Origin: Flectonema sp. DT1601
Taxonomy: Eukaryota
Length of the DNA stretch: 64,000 nt
NCBI GenBank assembly: GCA_964019425.1
Contig: OZ025783.1
Coordinates: forward strand, 1,488,001-1,552,000
Direction of reading: 5' to 3'
The first letter of the stretch is position 1, and each line of letters starts with the position of its first letter. Below the pieces are notes generated by a model. It did no database searches, was not told where the DNA came from, and was given only the letters and a program-made list of their open reading frames with translations. Made by a program: the position numbers and the translations under genes. Below, in pieces: positions 58,008 through 64,000 of this stretch.

Positions 58008-59165
58008 ATGACTTCTATTGATCAACTTACCATCCCGTCAGCACCTTCATGTGGAGGAGATACAGAGATGAGTGGTATCGCTATGCAGGTAGAGCGTGGG
58101 GTTCCAATCTCATCAGACGATATTATCGTCAGCATTGAAAACATTCACAAGACATACTTATTGGGTGTCGAGGGTGTACCAGCACTAAGAGGTGTCTCAC
58201 TTGATGTAAGAAGAGGAGAGTTTCTTGTTATTTATGGAACTTCTGGTGGTGGTAAGACAACTCTTCTAAACATTATCGGTTCAATTGATAAACCCACTAA
58301 GGGAAATATTGAGATTGGTGGAAAGAGAGTCACGGCTAGAACAACCGATGCGGAATACGCAGAACTGAGATTAAGTACTTTAGGGTTTGTGTTTCAAACA
58401 TTCAATTTACTACCGACGATGACAGTCTTAGAGAATGTGTTAGTTCCTATGGTTCTCGCAGACGAGGTCTCAACTGAAGAAAAACATCGCCGTGCGATGG
58501 AACTTCTCGAAAAGGTTGGTCTTGGCCAACGTGTTGGCCACTACCCTTCTATGCTTTCTGGAGGTGAACAACAGAGAGCAACTATCGCACGTGCGATGGC
58601 GAATAGACCGAAATTACTTCTTCTTGACGAGCCTACAGGAGATCTCGATACCTTTAATACAAAGATTGTTATGGATCTTTTATTAAAGTTAAATCGTGAT
58701 GAGGGAGTCACTCTAGTAATGGTTACTCACGATCCTGATATGAAATGGTATGCAGACAGAGCTGTGTATGTTCAGGATGGTAAAATTGCTTCTGTAATTC
58801 CAATCTCTGAAGTTGAATCAACGAGAGCAAGAGTAGAACTACTGAAACAACTACAGTCAGGTGGTACTGAACCAGGTGGCTTAGATAGTGCTGTCAGAAA
58901 TGACTTATCAGCTGCAGCATTCAATCCAGAGTGCTGCCCTCTGGAAGATGAACCAGAATTCCCTGAAGACGGTATCAATGAAATTCGTCAACCAACTGAC
59001 TACAGTACTTACCATCCCAGAGGACTTGTCGATGAGAGTAGCACTATAGCTAGAAATCGTTTCGCGTCCGAAGTTCTTGGAACACCTGTACCTGTGAACG
59101 TTCATTCTGGTCACACTCCGTTGACCAGATCAGTAAATACAACTCCAGTGATTGCAACTGTATAG
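58008..59165 (+). CDS. Stand-alone ABC ATPase, LolD/MacB/FtsE-like
   Basis: Walker A GTSGGGKTT, GFVFQTFNLLP, signature LSGGEQQR, Walker B LLLLDEPTGDLD and VTHD. No TM domain. Confidence 0.92.
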   Translation: MTSIDQLTIPSAPSCGGDTEMSGIAMQVERGVPISSDDIIVSIENIHKTYLLGVEGVPALRGVSLDVRRGEFLVIYGTSGGGKTTLLNIIGSIDKPTKGNIEIGGKRVTARTTDAEYAELRLSTLGFVFQTFNLLPTMTVLENVLVPMVLADEVSTEEKHRRAMELLEKVGLGQRVGHYPSMLSGGEQQRATIARAMANRPKLLLLDEPTGDLDTFNTKIVMDLLLKLNRDEGVTLVMVTHDPDMKWYADRAVYVQDGKIASVIPISEVESTRARVELLKQLQSGGTEPGGLDSAVRNDLSAAAFNPECCPLEDEPEFPEDGINEIRQPTDYSTYHPRGLVDESSTIARNRFASEVLGTPVPVNVHSGHTPLTRSVNTTPVIATV

Positions 59166-59726
59166 ATTTTTCGATTTTCATCAACAAAAAAAAAAAAAAA
59201 AAAAACTAATCCGCCGATTGAAAGGCTTTCTTTACTGTCCACCTAGAAACCCTCTCAAATTAGTATTTTTGTACTTACTGAAATTCTATGTTTTCTTACG
59301 AGTTGATAGATGCTAACTTGTTGGTAATCTCAGAGCTCATTTACATTAAAGACGTTTGGTGCCGTTTAGTGACACGTTATCGTTGTTTCAAAAAAAAAAA
59401 AAAAAGAAAATTAAACAGTTATCTGTTTTGCTTTTCTCTCTAATTAAATACTAACGTGTTGTTTAAAAAGATTGTCGTTATTGCTCTCTCTTGTATTGCA
59501 CACAGATGCGAATATTTGAATGTTTAATTACTGTCTTCCATAATACCTGTTCAACCGATTTCTTCCTCCTAGCTGCTTGGATGTCACTACTGGCACGTTT
59601 GATTCTTCGAAATTTTTTGTTCCGTTTTTTTTTCATTTTTAATTTATTTTTTTTTTTAATTGTGTCGTCACAATCTGTCCCCTCGGTTCTTTGGAAGGAC
59701 AGCATGTTTTTCTAAAAATTCCCAAT

Positions 59727-59757
<31 letters not shown>

Positions 59758-60562
59758 CCTGAGGTATATTACCCTGTTCTTCTGTCTTCCTTGGAATTTT
59801 CTTTTAAACTTGTTGTGAAGTATAGAGAACCGCAGTCTTCTCCTTTCTGTTTACCGGTTTCACCCCCCACCCACTTACTTCACCCTAAATTCAATAAGGG
59901 ACCTTCTGATTATCAGACTTGTGTTCCCGCAGGTGTACTACTAATTATGGACAATAATGGGTTCCGTCGTTAGGGAAAGAAAAAAAAAAAAAAAAAGAAG
60001 AATTTTTTTTCGAAATGTTCTGACCACCCGCCAGTAGCAAACTATCACCACTTTATGCACGTACTTTTACGAAAACTTTTTCAATACAACTTTTTTTTGT
60101 TCGCTTGTCTAGTCGCTACTATCTTCCTGTGTTAATAATAACAAACACAAATATGGAAAACAGAAAAAAAAAAAAAGTTGTCAAAAAAAAAAAATTATAA
60201 CCTCAGTATCTAAAACTCTGCTTCAAACTCTTAAGAAAGAGGCTATTGTTGCTTTTGGAAGAAGGAGGGGAAAAAATAAAAAAAACACCAAGTAAAAAAG
60301 AGATTAGCTCTATTTTTTTGAACTGCTTTGTTAGTTGTGTTTTTTATTATTATTTACCGGTGAGTTAGGTTACTGGACGTGTCTTGGGATGTTTGTTTTT
60401 ATTATTACTAAACACAGCAACCATTCGCTAGTCACGCATGAGTCACTATGAAGTACCCTTTTTTTATGAAAGCCTGTGATGAAATTTTATAAATTTATAT
60501 TATTCCTACCCCCACTTACAGTTGCTATCATTCACATTCAACTCCAAAACGAATACCAAAGT

Positions 60563-61220
60563 ATGGAGGCTGGTGAAGCCCTTAACTTGCTACTAAAGGC
60601 TACAGAGAATGATCCCGACGAACCATGTGACGCCTTAATGTTATTAAGACCAGCAGTCAGTCGCAAAAAGATTAACTTATTAGAACAAGGAGAAGGTTTC
60701 GAAGTATTAGAAAGTTTTTTTGAATGCTGTCCGGTGATAGAATTCGTTATTAAAACTGCAGACGAATCCAATCCCAACCACAGAGACAGTCAACCAATAG
60801 AAGAAGAACAGTCCAAACAGACGTCTCCTCCAGTGAAGTCAGTCATAGCCGCATGCCAACCTGGTTCGTCTGATAAGCAAATTATATTTAATGATGTTAG
60901 CGGAGTTGTTTACACTGAAGAAGGTCTTAAATCTCTTTTTTGTCGTCTTGATTGCAATAGCAATGGATTCCTTGATGTTCATGAGTTTAAATCATTTTAT
61001 GAGACACTTGAAAATTTCGGAACCACGGCAGACCCAAGCTTTGTTGATGGTGTAATGAGGCAGGTATGTATTGGTTGAACTTCACTCTTCTTATATCACT
61101 TTTTAGAGAAATTGGAAAAAAAAAAAAAAAAAAAAAAAAACACAGTATAACGTCCTAGGTGATAGTAAAATATCATTCGATGAGTTTTGCATAATTATGC
61201 TACGGGTAGCTGCAAGATGA
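60563..61220 (+). CDS. Small EF-hand protein, 2 exons (60563-61063, 61146-61220)
   Basis: EF loop DCNSNGFLDVHE. The terminal exon YNVLGDSKISFDEFCIIMLRVAAR* supplies the second EF-hand. Confidence 0.85.
61064..61145 (+). other. Spliceosomal intron (82 nt, phase 0)
   Basis: CAG|GTATGT...poly-A CACAG|TAT. Confidence 0.9.
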
Positions 61221-61658
61221 TGTTTTTGATTAACAAGAGAAAGAAAAAGATCCTAAGCCTGCAGCTACACAGTTGCATCGGTAGTAAGTTAGAAAATATG
61301 TCTTTAGTTAGAGACCCTTAAATCCATTATGCGAACAGCAGGAAGGGAAGTTTCTTCCCTATTTATTATTTTTTTTTGCTGAAATAGCTCTCCAACTATA
61401 ACTAACGCTTAAAAAAAAAAAAGAAAATAAAAAAATAAATATTATTATAATTTATTCCCCCATGTAGTTATGATCAAAAGAAAAAAAAAAATATTTACAA
61501 AATCCTTGAGCAAAGAATTAGTTACACGGTAAAATCCCATCTTCATCTATATTTTTTTTTTTTTTTTTTTAAAATACGTTTTCAGCTTTCGTTTATTGTC
61601 GTACGTAATTATACTTCTCTTTTCAGAGTCCTTCCAGTCGGAGGGAGAACTATAAGCA

Positions 61659-62189
61659 ATGTTAGAAGAAGACCTAGACTCGATGGGGAAACTCTTTTGG
61701 ATTTTCCTCTTCATTGGAGTAGTAATTGTCAGAGTATGTATTCATTATTTTTTGTACTCTTGAGTTTATCAAAAGAAAACAATATAATAAAACCAAAAAC
61801 AGGCACTTGTTAACGGCAGCAGAGTCCCACACAAGTTGGCTTCATGGTGGGAGTTGAGAAAAAGTCCTGTCAAAAAGAATAAATCTGATGAAGAAATGAA
61901 AGAGGAATTATTAAGATCACGACAGATGATGATGTCTGACCACGAAGCTAATGCAGACAAGTGGGCAGCAGAGAGAGAAGCAGAACGTTTAAGACAGCTG
62001 AAGGCAAAGATAGATTTAGAGAAAAAGATAGCTGGAGAAGATGTTGACGAATCGGCTCCAGCTCCACTTGGACCTTCTAAACACAACAAACCCAGCAGAT
62101 CAAAAGACAGCACACCATACAAACTTGCTAGCAATTTCAATAATACACCAGCGAGATTACCTCGCAGATCCGGAGGTGGTTGACGGTAA
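61659..62189 (+). CDS. Selenoprotein S (SelS/SelK family)-like ER membrane protein, 2 exons (61659-61733, 61803-62189), UGA at 62181-62183 predicted as Sec
   Basis: The spliced protein has an N-terminal TM helix, a charged coiled coil and a G/P/R-rich tail ending RRSGGG-TGA-CGG-TAA. Confidence 0.75.
61734..61802 (+). other. Spliceosomal intron (69 nt, phase 0)
   Basis: AGA|GTATGT...AAAACCAAAAACAG|GCA. Joins the ATG/TM exon in frame to the 61836 ORF, which otherwise starts at TTG. Confidence 0.85.
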
Positions 62190-62583
62190 GTAGACATAAG
62201 ACACTACGGTACTGTTTTCTTAATTGTACCGTCTTGTTCTTATGTTGTTGTTAAGAGTCCACTTTTTTTTTTTTTTTTTTTTGAAAATTATCGCTTTATG
62301 AATCGTTTATTTTTTAATGCTTTTTTTCCAGCAGCTGTTTTTTGACTTTCAGACCGTTCAATAGCACAGCAGTTGAAGTAGCGACAAAAAAGAAATGATT
62401 GGCTTTAATTTTCTTTTTTTAGTTGTTTTCTTTTTATTTTTCGTTGATTTCTTTTTTTTGAAAAAAAAAAGTGGATTTCTTTCACTCATGACGAAATTAC
62501 GGTGATGGGATGTGTATTTTTAGTGACTGATCTTTGTGGTTTAACAAAGACTTACTCATTTGAAAATTCACACTCCAAGACAC

Positions 62584-62676
62584 TCCACTGATGTGACGCA
62601 AGAACCACTCTTTTCACTCAAACGGTAAACTACTTGATTAGTTCTGTTAGTGATTCGTGTTCTAGCTGATGGTGGA
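62584..62676 (+). promoter_or_regulatory. Candidate SECIS-like element (non-canonical, extended upper stem)
   Basis: tccact/ggtgga helix, GTGAC...TGAT core, gcaagaac/gttctagc helix and apical AAA with a cta/tag mini-stem. Confidence 0.4.
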
Positions 62677-63072
62677 ATCAACAACCTGTTTTTTCGTTTT
62701 TGACATTTGCCTTTCTTCGTAATTTTTTGTATAAAGAAATAATTTTCTGTTTGTTCCATTCATGATATTCAGAACCTGCAGCAGACTTAAAACTTAACTA
62801 CACCTTTGTGGGTGAAGTTCTTGTTTACCTGAATGGAAAAAAAAAGAAAAGAAAAAAACCCACAAGAGAGGCCCGCTTACCTATCCCAGCTCACGAAGCC
62901 TTTCTTGTATAGTGGTAGGGTACTATGGTTAAAAGACTGTTGTTTATGTCTAAGAGAACAACTCAGTTGCCTGGAATCTGGTAGCTGAGTTTATACCAAT
63001 CCCAATAATGAGATAGCAATACCTACCGAGTGTGTTATTATATTTTTATAGATATAACATTAGAAGTAAACA

Positions 63073-64000
63073 ATGAGGGCTCTAGCAGTGTCTGCACTGC
63101 TTGTTGGATGTTCTGCTGACATGTGGCAAGGAATCAGAGACGGTATTGATACTTGGTCAAACTTAAAGTACAACACTCACTTTGCTGTTAATGTTGGAGA
63201 CAAGACTGGAAGAAAATTTGTTTACAATGTTGGTAACACAACTATGAACACGAGAATGGCTGCCGCATCTACATCAAAGTGGCCATCAGCAGCCATGATC
63301 AGTAACGTTGTGAATGCTGGTCACATGTCGTACGATGACAAGGCTTCAAAGTATTTACCATGGTGGACAACAAACATTAGTGATACGAGAGTTAACATTA
63401 CTTTGAAACAAATGTTATCATTCACTGATGGTTATCAGGAAGACAAGTTTCCTGCATGCTCTGCAAATGAGTCTGTTCCATTACTTGAATGCGCGCAGAA
63501 GTTATATGAAATGACACCGCACACTGCGATTCCCGGAACCACTTGGAAGTACCTGGAATGTCATTATCAGTTTGCTGGTGCCATGGCGTCAGCTGCTACT
63601 GGAATGAATATGCATGAGTTGTATGAAAAGTTTTTATTCAAACCTTTTGGAATGGTAAACACAACTTACGGAACTCCTCCATACCTCAACCCTCAACTAG
63701 CTGCTGGTATGACTTCAACTGGTAATGATTACGAAAGATATCTTCAGGCAATCTTAAAGAACACCGTCCTACCGAAGACAATTACTGACATAATGGAAAC
63801 TGACTACACAGCTCCTCCAGTATCCCCAACTGGTATGTTCTTTGGTCACTACTGTATGGGTAATTTCTTTGAGTGCTACGGATACACGATTGGAATGAAC
63901 ATTTCACAACCGCGTGTCATTCCAGAACGTTGCGCTGTTGAGAAGATTCACTCTGACCCAGGACTTTGGGGATGGTTTCCAATTATGGACAGATCACGAG
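63073..64000 (+). CDS. Secreted beta-lactamase/serine-hydrolase family protein, 3'-truncated by the window edge
   Basis: Not in the ORF track because there is no stop in the window. Signal peptide MRALAVSALLVGCSA, SxxK motif ASTSKW, SYDDKASKYLP, ITLKQMLSFTDG, PGTTWKY and FKPFGMVNT. Confidence 0.85.
   Translation, partial: MRALAVSALLVGCSADMWQGIRDGIDTWSNLKYNTHFAVNVGDKTGRKFVYNVGNTTMNTRMAAASTSKWPSAAMISNVVNAGHMSYDDKASKYLPWWTTNISDTRVNITLKQMLSFTDGYQEDKFPACSANESVPLLECAQKLYEMTPHTAIPGTTWKYLECHYQFAGAMASAATGMNMHELYEKFLFKPFGMVNTTYGTPPYLNPQLAAGMTSTGNDYERYLQAILKNTVLPKTITDIMETDYTAPPVSPTGMFFGHYCMGNFFECYGYTIGMNISQPRVIPERCAVEKIHSDPGLWGWFPIMDRSR

Noticed and set aside
3428..62189. Functional selenium cluster linking sufS and the SelS-like gene
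   Set aside because: They are about 57 kb apart among unrelated genes, and polycistronic neighbours are not generally functionally linked.
1..64000. CRISPR arrays, tRNA/rRNA genes, transposase or RT genes, alternative genetic code
   Set aside because: No repeat-spacer arrays, cloverleafs or mobile-element ORFs were seen. TAA, TAG and TGA all terminate genes normally, and apparent truncations are explained by introns.

Overview
Eukaryotic (protist) genomic DNA. It carries about 22 protein-coding genes, all on the + strand and mostly single-exon. Many are preceded by pyrimidine-tract/AG sites typical of spliced-leader trans-splice acceptors. This looks like a euglenozoan-type polycistronic gene cluster; a diplonemid-like host is inferred, because purH and several cis-introns argue against a trypanosomatid. 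Genes: USP (partial), RRM protein, SufS-type cysteine desulfurase, a GC-rich Cys-rich secreted protein, BORCS8, Cas1/RWA O-acetyltransferase, EF-hand proteins, PurH/ATIC, MFSD12-like transporter, HECT E3 ligase, two tandem RPL27 copies, a PAM2-bearing Trf4-like nucleotidyltransferase with a degenerate active site, a giant Ig/cadherin-like adhesin, an ANK-ART-like-NACHT-WD40 protein, an Erv46-thioredoxin fusion, a solo LolD-like ABC ATPase, a SelS-like protein and a beta-lactamase-fold hydrolase (partial). Three observations stand out. (1) A hidden SelS-like selenoprotein ends ...GGG-UGA-R-stop and is followed by a proximal hairpin and an atypical SECIS candidate. (2) An unidentified, highly structured non-coding element of about 380 nt is co-duplicated with RPL27, and both of its copy differences preserve pairing as G-U. 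(3) Eight uniform short GTATG introns have A-rich rather than pyrimidine-rich acceptors and all lie near CDS ends.
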